DNA from: an uncultured Pirellulales bacterium
GTDB lineage: Bacteria; Planctomycetota; Phycisphaerae; Sedimentisphaerales; Anaerobacaceae
Direction of reading: 5' to 3'
Length of the DNA stretch: 64,000 bases
NCBI GenBank assembly: GCA_964519995.1
Contig: CAZFLY010000001.1
Location: 546-64,545 of the forward strand
Below are positions 46,501 through 55,922 of the stretch, piece after piece (position 1 is the first letter of the stretch; the number at the start of each line of letters is the position of its first letter). The position numbers were made by a program, and so were the translations under genes. The notes under the pieces are model-generated. The model made no database searches. It saw only the letters and a program-made list of their open reading frames with translations, and was not told the DNA's origin.

Positions 46501-47110
46501 CACCCCGAAGCGGGCTTCGGGTATGATATGCACCCCCAAGCAGGCTTGGGGAACGAATACACCCCCAGGCAGGCCTGGGGGCTAAACAGTATGCGTTTGC
46601 CCGCCAGCAGATTCGCGGTTAATATTTATCTTATGGGAAAGATGGTCGGGTACATGGTGACGTGGACAACGTATGGGACGTGGCTGCAGGGTGATAAAAG
46701 AGGGTATGTGCGGGATGGAAAGATACTGCCGGCATATCCAGGACTCCAAGAGGCAAACAAAAAACTGCAAAAGACTGGGCTTGTTCGTCTGACTTCTGAG
46801 CAGAAAAGGGTTGTCGAAGAGGCAGTGCTAAAAAAGGCACAGCATATCGGGCTGGAGATACTTGCGCTTGCGGTTTGCTCGAATCATGTTCATCTTGTGG
46901 CTGGTTTGGGGAATGAGTCAATAGAGAATGCTGTATCCCGGTATAAGAATGTTGCGACCAGCGCCCTGAAAAAAACGGGATTAACAAAAAAGATATGGAC
47001 GCGCGGTTTTGACAAGAGGTTCTGTTTCAGTACTGAACAACTCCAGCAGAAAATCAAATATGTTCATCATCACGACAAAACCGGTTAGCCCGCAGGCCAG
47101 CCTGCGGGTG
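46501..47110 (+). mobile_element. REPtron: RAYT-type transposase gene flanked by inverted REP hairpins
   Basis: Three tandem REPs: 46501-46522 CACCCCGAAGCGGGCTTCGGGT, 46531-46551 CACCCCCAAGCAGGCTTGGGG and 46560-46585 CACCCCCAGGCAGGCCTGGGGGCTAA. One inverted REP lies after the gene: 47085-47110, reverse complement CACCCGCAGGCTGGCCTGCGGGCTAA. Confidence 0.7.
46633..47088 (+). CDS. IS200-like Y1 HUH transposase (REP-associated tyrosine transposase, RAYT-like)
   Basis: TWTTYGTWLQGDKRGYV, HUH motif CSNHVHLV, C-terminal Tyr region QQKIKYVHHH. ATG at 46633 chosen because the track start at 46528 reads through the REPs. Confidence 0.7.
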   Translation: MGKMVGYMVTWTTYGTWLQGDKRGYVRDGKILPAYPGLQEANKKLQKTGLVRLTSEQKRVVEEAVLKKAQHIGLEILALAVCSNHVHLVAGLGNESIENAVSRYKNVATSALKKTGLTKKIWTRGFDKRFCFSTEQLQQKIKYVHHHDKTG

Positions 47111-47151
47111 AAGAATTCTGATAAACGAGCGACGATGCCAGGAGTAACTAA

Positions 47152-48531
47152 TCACAAGTGACGTTTGACGATCGCGACGTATCCGCCATCGCGGTCAAAT
47201 TGCATCGCCGATGGAAGAAAAAGACTTTCACGGTCGAGCTCGAAATCACGGTTGCTTTGCAGGAATTCTCCAATCACGTCACTATTTTCACATCTCTGGA
47301 TACTGCAGGTGCTGTAACAGATGACCCCGCCGGGCTTTACCCGCGTTGCGGCCTTTGTCAGTAATTTAGCTTGTCGCTTGGCGATATTTTCCATTGCCTG
47401 GTGCTTTAGCCTAAAGCGCGCCTCAACTCGCCTTGCCAGAACGCCAGTATTTGAACACGGCGCATCAAGCAAGACCGCATCGAAGACACCAATACGCATA
47501 GCTTCTTTTTCGATGTCATCATAACTAACTGTTCTAATACTTCTTACGCCAAGCCGAACAGCATTTTCCTTGACCTTTTTCAGGCGCTGTGCGTCGATAT
47601 CGGTGGCGATGATCTCTGCTGAGTCATTAGTTGTTTCGGCCAACTGCGTCGTTTTCGTACCTGGCGCAGCACACAAATCGAGTATTTTCCAATCCGATTG
47701 AGGATTCATCATAATAACTGCCTGTGCCGTAGAAGTATCCTGAACTGTAAACAAGCCTTTTGTAAAACCAGGTAATTGAACAATTGCTTGCGGGCTTTTT
47801 ACCTTAATCATCGACTGACTGGACACAACTTCAACCTCAATAGCCTGCTGCCGGAGCTTATCAAGCAGTTGCGGCATAGATGTCTTCAGGATATTCGGCC
47901 TGACGTAAATACCTGGCCTGCGATTGGATGCCAAACAAATCTGATAGGTTTGCTCGAATCCAAATTCGCTTAACCAGTCACTTACAAGCCAGCGTGGAAG
48001 TGAAAAGCAGATACTTAGATAATCGGCTTGTTGCGCCGCTGGATCGGGCAAAAAATCGATGTCGAATTGACAACCTGTTGCTGACGACTGAACAAGTGTC
48101 CTGCGAGGGCCTGCTCTGTCAAGCTGAATTTGCCGAGCGGTTATATGTCTCGTGATTTGACGCAGCACCGCGTTGACGAAATCGGTTTGTTTTTTGCCGC
48201 CGATGGCTCTGGCATTTTCGACCGCTTCGTTGACAACCGAGTACTCTGGCGTTTCAGGACAATAGACTAGCTCAAAGACAGCGATTCGGATAATGTTAAG
48301 CAGCCTCAAGCTGATTCTTTCGACGCGTCTGCCGGAGAATTGCGATATCACTCTATCCAGCGCGGTGCGGTTTCTTAGCGTGCCGAAGACAATATCTGTC
48401 GCACGCTGTTTTTCACTCGTTTGGTCGAGCAGCTTACCCAGAATTGACCCAGCGTAGTTTCGCTTTGGATCGAACTGATTGAGGACTTCCGCAGCAACTG
48501 CCCTGGCGGTTTGGGTTTTAGAGTGGGTCAT
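47152..48531 (-). CDS. rsmB: 16S rRNA (cytosine967-C5)-methyltransferase
   Basis: NusB-like N-terminal domain, DLCAAPGTKT, DAPCSNTGV, YSTCS. Confidence 0.9.
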   Translation of the reverse strand: MTHSKTQTARAVAAEVLNQFDPKRNYAGSILGKLLDQTSEKQRATDIVFGTLRNRTALDRVISQFSGRRVERISLRLLNIIRIAVFELVYCPETPEYSVVNEAVENARAIGGKKQTDFVNAVLRQITRHITARQIQLDRAGPRRTLVQSSATGCQFDIDFLPDPAAQQADYLSICFSLPRWLVSDWLSEFGFEQTYQICLASNRRPGIYVRPNILKTSMPQLLDKLRQQAIEVEVVSSQSMIKVKSPQAIVQLPGFTKGLFTVQDTSTAQAVIMMNPQSDWKILDLCAAPGTKTTQLAETTNDSAEIIATDIDAQRLKKVKENAVRLGVRSIRTVSYDDIEKEAMRIGVFDAVLLDAPCSNTGVLARRVEARFRLKHQAMENIAKRQAKLLTKAATRVKPGGVICYSTCSIQRCENSDVIGEFLQSNRDFELDRESLFLPSAMQFDRDGGYVAIVKRHL

Positions 48532-48546
48532 ATGACGGTTTTCAAC

Positions 48547-49233
48547 CTACTCAGGGTGACTCTCCCAATATTCTCTGGTTTGGCGAAACCTCTCCACTCG
48601 TTTGCTCATAATCTTTTGAGCCTCCTTAGGATAGAAATCGAGCAGAACATCACAGAATTGGACCATCCACTCTTTGCGGGAGTAACCTAGGTTCACCTTA
48701 ATGACGTTTGCATTGGCAATTTGTATCTGGCCCCAGCCAAGGGCGCCAATTCTAAGACAATCCCAATCGAGAAACTCGATGGGTACAAAGATTACATCTC
48801 TTACAAGAACGCTGGTTTGTTGAACCTCGTATTTAAGCATCAGTATAATAAAATAATTCTTGTCATCTTCGTAAAAACGAGCCAGCTTGTCTACAGAGGT
48901 GATATTCGGCATGTTGAACTTTGTGCCAAAAACACGATGCGTTTTTACATCGACTGCGTAGTAGAATCCCTCATTATCTCTAAAGGCCATATCCTCCATT
49001 GCTTTTCTTGAAAAATCAGAATAATACTTTGAACAAATGGCTGGACCAAGGATAGTGCTGAAATTTTCGGCTAGCAATTTTTGAGTCGCGTCTCCTGCAG
49101 TGCGTGTGCTTTCAGTTGTATCTAATGAAAGGGATGGGGCTTGCTTGCTCAAAAAGTCTTTGATTCTCCGCTCCACACGTTTGTATTTGTCAGTATAGAA
49201 AAGAGAGCTTTTCAGACGGTCCATAAGTCGCAT
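48547..49233 (-). CDS. probable type II restriction endonuclease (PD-(D/E)xK)
   Basis: 228 aa with no family recognised. FRDNEGFYYAVDVKTH fits D-Xn-(D/E)-X-K. The start lies 12 nt downstream of the MTase stop. Confidence 0.5.
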   Translation of the reverse strand: MRLMDRLKSSLFYTDKYKRVERRIKDFLSKQAPSLSLDTTESTRTAGDATQKLLAENFSTILGPAICSKYYSDFSRKAMEDMAFRDNEGFYYAVDVKTHRVFGTKFNMPNITSVDKLARFYEDDKNYFIILMLKYEVQQTSVLVRDVIFVPIEFLDWDCLRIGALGWGQIQIANANVIKVNLGYSRKEWMVQFCDVLLDFYPKEAQKIMSKRVERFRQTREYWESHPE

Positions 49234-49245
49234 CCTCGGAATGAA

Positions 49246-50286
49246 TCAGGCCTTTGATTCAAATAAGGCAAACTGATTTGTCATCTGACGTTCAGCACTG
49301 CTACGAAAATTTGTTTGGGATGCTATCTGATTCTGTAGTGTGTTACGCTCCCAGAACGTTCCATCGCAGTACCCCTGAATAGACTTGTCCGTCTCGGCCA
49401 TACGAAGGCGTTTTTCCGCCAAACAACAGTAGGTCTCATCTCTTTCTACACCCACAAATAGCCGACCGAGTTTTTTCGCTACCACGCTGGTGCTACCAGA
49501 GCCGAGAAATGGGTCAAACACAACTTCTCCCGGATTCGAGCTGGCGAGAACAATTTTAGCCAAGAGTTTTTCCGGCTTTTGCGTGGGATGGTCGGTATTT
49601 TCAGGCATCGACCAGAACGGTACGGTTATATCCGTCCAGAGGTTAGACGGATGCGTAAGTCGGAAATTGCCACGATCAGAAATCTCCCAATCCTTCGGCT
49701 GGCCGTTTTCATGGGTATAGGGAGCCATCACTTTACGCCTCAACTTCACCGCTTCGAGATTGAAGGTGTAATTATCCGAAACAGTGCAGAACCATATATC
49801 CTCAGACGCGTTTTTCCAGTTCCGCTGTGCGCCTCTGCCCTTTTCTCTTTCCCATGTAATGCGATTCCTGACCTTAAAGTATTTGCCGGCTACCGTATGC
49901 ACGGCTGTTGAGCATCGCCAATCGGAACAGATATATACCGATGCAGTTGGCTTCAAAATTCCGACCAGTTTTGAAAGCCAGCTTTCTATCCACGAAACAT
50001 AATCATCCAGGCAGCGCTTTCGAAAAGCCGTGCCATTGAAGTCTTTGGTCAAATTGTAGGGAGGGTCTACAAACAGAAGGTCGACAAATTTGTTGGGCAA
50101 GAAAGGCGTAACGGTGTATAAGTCCTGGCAGATAGTTCTATTGATTATCTGCTCTTTCGTTACCGGCGAGTCAAGACGCAACAATCCCTGGTTGTATTGC
50201 GACGTTTCTCGCGCGGTGAGCGTTATCGTACGATTTCTTTCTGCACGATTTCTTTGCTCCATTGTGGCTTTCCTTAGCGAATACAA
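49246..50286 (-). CDS. beta-class DNA methyltransferase (DPPY, probably N6-adenine)
   Basis: DLLFVDPPYNL (motif IV) precedes HPTQKPEKLLAKIV and FDPFLGSGSTSVVA (motif I). The layout is CcrM/HinfI-like. Confidence 0.85.
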   Translation of the reverse strand: MYSLRKATMEQRNRAERNRTITLTARETSQYNQGLLRLDSPVTKEQIINRTICQDLYTVTPFLPNKFVDLLFVDPPYNLTKDFNGTAFRKRCLDDYVSWIESWLSKLVGILKPTASVYICSDWRCSTAVHTVAGKYFKVRNRITWEREKGRGAQRNWKNASEDIWFCTVSDNYTFNLEAVKLRRKVMAPYTHENGQPKDWEISDRGNFRLTHPSNLWTDITVPFWSMPENTDHPTQKPEKLLAKIVLASSNPGEVVFDPFLGSGSTSVVAKKLGRLFVGVERDETYCCLAEKRLRMAETDKSIQGYCDGTFWERNTLQNQIASQTNFRSSAERQMTNQFALFESKA

Positions 50287-50437
50287 CAGCTAACATTAGT
50301 ATATACCAATTGCAGTGTGTCCGCCAGAGCTATTAGAAAAAACACATTGCGACAGTATAGCAGGCCTACAGACAGACGTTCCTAAAATACTGTTTTCCAT
50401 GGGAAGGAATTCTTTTACGGTAATGCTGCGACGGTGT

Positions 50438-51391
50438 TTAACTATCTATCTTCGTGAACGTATCGCCTGGTTGGGTGTGTCTGCCGTTGACAAAGTCAGC
50501 GAAATCCATAAAAGCAGAACCAGCGGGTTTGATCTTGCTGATCATTAAGGCTCCATCGCCGCAAATTACATTGAGATTCTCATCGACGGTCCCAGGTGGC
50601 AGATTTTCACGTTTTGCGGCTTCGCTTATTTCAGCTATTGCGATGGTTACTCGCTCGGTTTTGCCGGTCTTTTTTGACAGGTAGTTAGCAGTAGCGCCAG
50701 GCCAAGGCCAAAAGCCCCGTATCTTCCTGACAAGTACCTGGCCCGACTCACCGAAGTCCAGAAAGCCATCTGATTTTTTTATCTTAGGCGCAAGTGTGGC
50801 CCTGGAATGGTCCTGCTCGGTATAGGTTGCGGTGCCGTTTTCAATCTGCTTTAGCGTCTTTAGCAATAGCGGTGCCGCCATCTTAGCCAATCTATCATGC
50901 AAACTTCCCGCTGTCTCGTTTGGCTCGATGTCGGTTTTTATTCGTGAAAGGATTTTGCCGGCGTCCATCTTTTCCGCGAGCGTAATTATGCTAATACCCG
51001 TTTCGGTTTCGCCGTTTATTATCGCCCAGTTAATCGGCGCAGCGCCGCGCAGCTTTGGCAGTAGCGATGCGTGAACATTTATTGCGCCCTTCTGTGGAAG
51101 ATTTATCAGTTCATTGCCAATCTTCTGGCCGAACGCGACAACCACAATCAAATCCGGCTCTTTGGCTTTTATCTGCTGAAAGGATTGTGGCGTATTGACG
51201 TTATCAGTTTCGACAAAGGCTGTCGAATGTGTTTGCGCCCACTGTGCAACCGGTGTGGGATTCAGCTTTCTGCCGCGACCGGCAGGATGTGGAGGCTGCG
51301 TGATAATAAATTGCAGATCATGGCTTGACTGCACCAAGGCGCTCAGGCATTCAATACCAAATTCGCCGCTGCCAAGGAAAACTATCCTCAT
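50438..51391 (-). CDS. fmt: methionyl-tRNA formyltransferase
   Basis: MRIVFLGSGEFG, NVHASLLPKLRGAAPINWAI. Confidence 0.95.
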   Translation of the reverse strand: MRIVFLGSGEFGIECLSALVQSSHDLQFIITQPPHPAGRGRKLNPTPVAQWAQTHSTAFVETDNVNTPQSFQQIKAKEPDLIVVVAFGQKIGNELINLPQKGAINVHASLLPKLRGAAPINWAIINGETETGISIITLAEKMDAGKILSRIKTDIEPNETAGSLHDRLAKMAAPLLLKTLKQIENGTATYTEQDHSRATLAPKIKKSDGFLDFGESGQVLVRKIRGFWPWPGATANYLSKKTGKTERVTIAIAEISEAAKRENLPPGTVDENLNVICGDGALMISKIKPAGSAFMDFADFVNGRHTQPGDTFTKIDS

Positions 51392-51395
51392 AATA

Positions 51396-51509
51396 AGTAA
51401 GCTAAAAACCTAAAGCTAAAAGTGAAAAACCATAGTTCAAAATTCAAAAACGGTTTTATTTCCAATTTTGAGCTATGATTTTACACTTTACGTTTTATGC
51501 TTTTCGTTT
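51396..51509. repeat. 114-bp AT-rich imperfect palindrome, copy 1
   Basis: AGTAAGCTAAAAACCTAAAGCTAAAAG..CATAGTTCAAAATT / AATTTTGAGCTATG..CTTTACGTTTTATGCTTTTCG. A direct repeat is at 63750-63863. It overlaps the last codons of def. Confidence 0.85.
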
Positions 51510-52030
51510 TTTTCGTGCTCTTCCGAAAGTTTCTTAAGCTGTTTTCTGTGAGCGATTTTTGAGGCTGAGCCCATACGATTGACGATAGTAAACCCTTCAA
51601 TGTGGTCGAACTCGTGCTGGAGTGCTCTTGCGTAGAGGCCATCGGCTTCATCGCTAAATTCATTACCGTCAAGGTCGGTGGCTGTAACTTTGCATTTTTT
51701 GTATCGGCGAATCTTGGTATAAACGCCCGGCACGGAAAGACATCCTTCCTCAAACTCGTGAAGCTCCCCTTCGGGCGTGACAGTGGGATTTATATAGACC
51801 TTTACACTCTCTTTTGTTCCATCCAGCGATATGATAAAAAGTCGCAGCGGAACGCCCGCCTGCGGCGCCGCCAAGCCGACGCCCTTATTTTTTAGCATTA
51901 TTTCCGTCATTTTTCCCACCAATTGGCGGATATTGTCGTCAACTCTTTCGACCGGCTCGGCGCGCTTGGCTAGAACCATAGCCGGATAATGCGTGATTCG
52001 GCATTTTTCAACATCAATCATTTTCCGCAC
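51488..52030 (-). CDS. def: peptide deformylase
   Basis: GVGLAAPQ, EGCLSVPG, HEFDH. The C-terminal tail KNEKHKT* is encoded inside the palindromic repeat. Confidence 0.95.
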   Translation of the reverse strand: MRKMIDVEKCRITHYPAMVLAKRAEPVERVDDNIRQLVGKMTEIMLKNKGVGLAAPQAGVPLRLFIISLDGTKESVKVYINPTVTPEGELHEFEEGCLSVPGVYTKIRRYKKCKVTATDLDGNEFSDEADGLYARALQHEFDHIEGFTIVNRMGSASKIAHRKQLKKLSEEHEKNEKHKT

Positions 52031-52073
52031 CTCATGTCAAATATCAGGCCAGCAGCAAGTTTGATGGAGCAAT

Positions 52074-52817
52074 TCACACATCGAATTCGTCGCCGGCGAA
52101 GATATTGCCCAGATAGGCTTTTCTAACCGTTTCATTGCGCACAATCTCAGCGGGCGAGCCAGCACCGATTACCCTGCCGTGATCGATGATATAGGCTCTA
52201 TTGACGACTTCCAGCGTTCTTTCAACATTATGGTCAGTGATTAGAATGCTCATACCTGAGGCTACGAGCTTGCGAATTTCCTGCTGCAAATCTTCCACTG
52301 TTATCGGATCAACACCACTAAACGGTTCATCCAGCAGGATCAGTGAAGGCTCGGTAACCATAGCACGAGCAATCTCGAGTTTCCTCCGCTCACCACCGGA
52401 TAAGTATCTGCCCTGGCTGCTTTCGACCTCAGCCAGGCCAAATCGCTCGATGAGCCTATCAGCTCTGCGATATCGCTCGGCCTTCGGCATCGCCATCGTT
52501 TCAAGAATCGCAAGTAGATTGTCTCGCACACTGAGCCGCTGGAAAATACTGGGTTCCTGAGACAAATAACCTATACCCAGTTGTGCTCTTCTATACATCG
52601 GCATTTTGGTTATGTCCCTGCCTTCAAAAATGACTGAGCCGGCATTAGGAGTTATCATGCCAATCATCATTCTAAATGTGGTGGTTTTGCCAGCTCCGTT
52701 CCGGCCCAGAAGTCCGACAATGCTGCGCTGCTCGATGGCAATGGATACATCATTAACTACGGCCCTACCGGAGTACCTTTTTACAAGTCCACGAGTCTCA
52801 AGAAGCGTTATGCTCAT
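52074..52817 (-). CDS. lptB: LPS export ABC transporter ATP-binding protein
   Basis: Walker A GRNGAGKTT, signature LSGGERRK, Walker B ILLDEP. ATG at 52817 preferred (track start 52850). Confidence 0.8.
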   Translation of the reverse strand: MSITLLETRGLVKRYSGRAVVNDVSIAIEQRSIVGLLGRNGAGKTTTFRMMIGMITPNAGSVIFEGRDITKMPMYRRAQLGIGYLSQEPSIFQRLSVRDNLLAILETMAMPKAERYRRADRLIERFGLAEVESSQGRYLSGGERRKLEIARAMVTEPSLILLDEPFSGVDPITVEDLQQEIRKLVASGMSILITDHNVERTLEVVNRAYIIDHGRVIGAGSPAEIVRNETVRKAYLGNIFAGDEFDV

Positions 52818-53007
52818 TAAAATAGTGCCTTGTTCCATGACGTTCAGCATATAGCCTATATAGCATGGCTGAATACGTAAAGCGAAAAGTACCGCGCCAA
52901 CAGCGATATGAAAAGTTTTAAGCTAATTAAGCTGGCTTTTAAACCACATTTTTGCTATTAACTATTTTTTAGATGTGATATGGCTTGTCTTCATTTAAGG
53001 TATCGCA

Positions 53008-53784
53008 ATGTTTGCAGTTTTAAGTGATATACATTCAAACTTAGAAGCCCTTACGACGGTACTGGCCGATATTGAAAAGCGGGGCATAAAGACGATCTAT
53101 TGCCTTGGCGATGTGGTGGGTTACGGAGCAGATCCCAAGGCGTGCCTTGAACTCATTATTGAAAAGGCCAACTGGTGTGTTTTGGGCAACCACGATTACG
53201 CAGTTTTTTATGAGCCAACAAACTTCAACTATGGAGCAGAACAGGCAAGTTTCTGGACGCGCGACGTTCTCGAAGCAGAGAAAGACAAGCGACGCAGCGA
53301 CAAGCACTGGCAGTTTTTAGGCGAACTGCCGATGCGCCGCACATTGGAAGTGGATCTCAGCCCGAATGAGGCTATAATAGATTTTGTTCACGCCTCGCCG
53401 CGAAGACCAATCAACGAATATATCTTTCCCGACGATGTCTACACCCATCCAGGCAAGGTTCGGATGCAGTTTGAACGGGTCAGGCACATCTGCTTTGTAG
53501 GCCATACGCACATGCCGGGCGTTTTCCTCGATGAGCCGGATTTCTATCTGCCGGATGAGCTGGGTAGTGTATATCCCATTGTCGAAAACGAAAAAGCCAT
53601 TATCAATATTGGCTCAGTCGGCCAACCCAGAGACAAAGATAATCGGGCCAGCTACGTCTATGTTGAGGATAGTAAGGTGCACTTTGTCCGGTTGGAATAT
53701 GACTTTGAAACAACGATGAAAAAGATCTATGCTGTCGATCGATTGGATAACTTCCACGCAGAGCGATTGCGAGACGGAAGGTGA
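53008..53784 (+). CDS. metallophosphoesterase (calcineurin-like)
   Basis: LSDIHSN, CLGDVVGYG, LGNHD, VGHTH. Confidence 0.8.
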   Translation: MFAVLSDIHSNLEALTTVLADIEKRGIKTIYCLGDVVGYGADPKACLELIIEKANWCVLGNHDYAVFYEPTNFNYGAEQASFWTRDVLEAEKDKRRSDKHWQFLGELPMRRTLEVDLSPNEAIIDFVHASPRRPINEYIFPDDVYTHPGKVRMQFERVRHICFVGHTHMPGVFLDEPDFYLPDELGSVYPIVENEKAIINIGSVGQPRDKDNRASYVYVEDSKVHFVRLEYDFETTMKKIYAVDRLDNFHAERLRDGR

Positions 53785-53786
53785 AA

Positions 53787-53814
53787 TCGTCGCTCGTGGT
53801 TTGTGAATCGTATC
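53787..53814. repeat. heptad-periodic TCGT array
   Basis: TCGTCGC TCGTGGT TTGTGAA TCGTATC, lying between the phosphoesterase stop and the yidC start region. Confidence 0.6.
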
Positions 53815-53853
53815 ATAAAAAGAAATTTCATAAGGAATAGCAAGCTCCGAATT

Positions 53854-55836
53854 ATGAAGAATCTCTTAATAGTAGTGGTATTAGTGTTTGTTATTTTTTG
53901 TGGTTGGATGATCGCCGATACAGGTTTGTTTGAGAAGCCCCAAAGGTCAGCTAAATCCTGTGTGTTATTACAACAGACAACAACCGTTAATCAAGGCCAG
54001 CAATTCATGCCGGACGCCACGCAGCAAGGCGAGTATCTTGAAGCTGCGGATTCGGAAGAATTTAGTGCCGTTGGCGGACCAGATAAAACCGTTACTCTCG
54101 GCTCGGTCGATCCGAAGAACGGCTACAAATTTCAACTACAGCTTATTTCTACAGGCGCAGCCATCAGACAGGCAATACTCAGTGAATTCGACGACCGTGA
54201 CTACAAGAATCCAAAGCCTCTCGTTCTACTCTCGCCCGTAGCTATCGGTTCAAACCGACAGATTCTCTCGCTCGCAAATGGCCAACTTGCGTTTGTTCAG
54301 CAGAAGCAGCAACTCCCACTGGATAGACTAAGCTGGGAGAGTTTTCCGGTTGAAACAGGGTACAGCTCACAGACGGCTCGCTTCGAAGCGACCATTGTGG
54401 ACTCGGCTGATAAGCCGGTTATCAAACTGACCAAAACTTACACGGTCATTCCTGACAGCTATATGCTCGAATGTGATTTGCAGGTGGAGAACCTCTCAGA
54501 AATTGAACAGAATGTGCGCCTGAATCTAACCGGACCTGCGGGAATCGGCAGAGAGGGTTTCCGCGCGGATATGAGAAAAGTCGTGGCGGGGTTCAAAAAT
54601 TCACAGGGCAAAATCAGCAGCACAAGATTGGATAAGAAAAAATTGGCCAAGGCAAAGAGTTCTGAAGACCGAGAACTGCGAGCGAGAAAAGCTGACGAGC
54701 ACCTCCTCTGGGCTGCTACGGTAAACAAGTACTTCGCTGCGGTAATTGTTCCTTTGCCTGATGCAGACAAGAAATACTGTGATTGGTTAACGAACAGAAC
54801 GGGTGTGTTTTACAATCCCGACAGAGATAACAAGGCCGATAGTGGTGATGAAACGATTGGCCTTGGACTCAAGCTCGCATCAACTACACTTGGTCCGGTA
54901 GGTGAACCCAATAACATAAAAACCTACGGCTTTGAACTCTATCTTGGCCCCAAAGATAAAAGTCTGTTCGATAAGAACGAGCGGTATCAGGAGTTGGGCT
55001 TCGTCGAAACGATAGACTTTCTGGCCTGTTGTTGTCCAGCGAGTATCATCAATCCCTTGGCCTTTGGCATACTGGTCTTGATGAAGTGGATGTACGGTTT
55101 TATTGGTAACTATGGCGTGGTAATCATTATACTTGTGTTTCTTATGCGGCTTGTGATGCATCCGGTCACCAGAAAGAGCCAGGTGTCCATGAGTAAAATG
55201 AGCAAGCTTGCCCCAAAAGCTGAGGAAATAAAGAAAAAATACTCCGACAACAAAACCGAGATGAACAAGCAATTGATGGCGCTCTACAGAAAGCAGGGCG
55301 CATCCCCAATCATGGGCATGCTGCCGATGATGGTGCAGATGCCGATCTGGATTGCGCTTTGGAGTGCTGTCTATACCAGCATCGATTTACGCGGCGCTGC
55401 CTTTTTACCTTTCTGGATTACCGACCTTTCGGCTCCTGACGCACTGGTTAGATTCTCAGCTTTGACAGTGCCTGTACTGGGCTGGAAGATAGAATCGCTG
55501 AATCTGCTGCCAATCTTGATGGGTGTGGCTTTCTTTCTGCAACAAAAGCTCATGCCCTCACAATCGCAGGCTTCAGTTAATCCGCAGGTTGCTCAGCAGC
55601 AGAAAATGATGATGATTATGATGCCGTTGTTGTTTCCGTTGATGCTTTACAAGGCACCTTCAGGTGTCAATCTGTACATCATGGCCAGTACTTTTGCTGG
55701 CGTCTTTGAACAGTACGTTATCCGCAAGCACATCCAGCAAAAAGAAGAAGAGGAATCTAAAGGCCTTGTTGCCGCGACAAGCAAAACCGGCGGAAAAATC
55801 AAAAAGAAAAAACCAAAACCGTTTTTTAAAATATAA
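53854..55836 (+). CDS. yidC: membrane protein insertase YidC
   Basis: N-terminal TM segment, a large periplasmic domain, a conserved C-terminal core (GNYGVVIIILVFLMRLVMHP, LYRKQGASPIMGMLPMMVQMPIWIALW) and a Lys-rich tail. Confidence 0.9.
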   Translation: MKNLLIVVVLVFVIFCGWMIADTGLFEKPQRSAKSCVLLQQTTTVNQGQQFMPDATQQGEYLEAADSEEFSAVGGPDKTVTLGSVDPKNGYKFQLQLISTGAAIRQAILSEFDDRDYKNPKPLVLLSPVAIGSNRQILSLANGQLAFVQQKQQLPLDRLSWESFPVETGYSSQTARFEATIVDSADKPVIKLTKTYTVIPDSYMLECDLQVENLSEIEQNVRLNLTGPAGIGREGFRADMRKVVAGFKNSQGKISSTRLDKKKLAKAKSSEDRELRARKADEHLLWAATVNKYFAAVIVPLPDADKKYCDWLTNRTGVFYNPDRDNKADSGDETIGLGLKLASTTLGPVGEPNNIKTYGFELYLGPKDKSLFDKNERYQELGFVETIDFLACCCPASIINPLAFGILVLMKWMYGFIGNYGVVIIILVFLMRLVMHPVTRKSQVSMSKMSKLAPKAEEIKKKYSDNKTEMNKQLMALYRKQGASPIMGMLPMMVQMPIWIALWSAVYTSIDLRGAAFLPFWITDLSAPDALVRFSALTVPVLGWKIESLNLLPILMGVAFFLQQKLMPSQSQASVNPQVAQQQKMMMIMMPLLFPLMLYKAPSGVNLYIMASTFAGVFEQYVIRKHIQQKEEEESKGLVAATSKTGGKIKKKKPKPFFKI

Positions 55837-55859
55837 CATGAAAAAAACAAATATTTAGC

Positions 55860-55907
55860 CCCGCGATCCTTCGACTGTGCTCAGGACAGTTTTATCGCGG
55901 GGTTTTC
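55860..55907 (+). terminator. intrinsic terminator candidate after yidC
   Basis: CCCCGCGAT .. ATCGCGGGG with a 26-nt loop containing a sub-hairpin, followed by TTTT. Confidence 0.45.
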
Positions 55908-55922
55908 ATCTGAAAGCAAAAG

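Noticed and set aside
46528-46632. N-terminal extension of the RAYT ORF
   Set aside because: It is translated from the three REP hairpins (..PQAGLGNEYTPRQAWG..). The conserved transposase core starts after ATG 46633.
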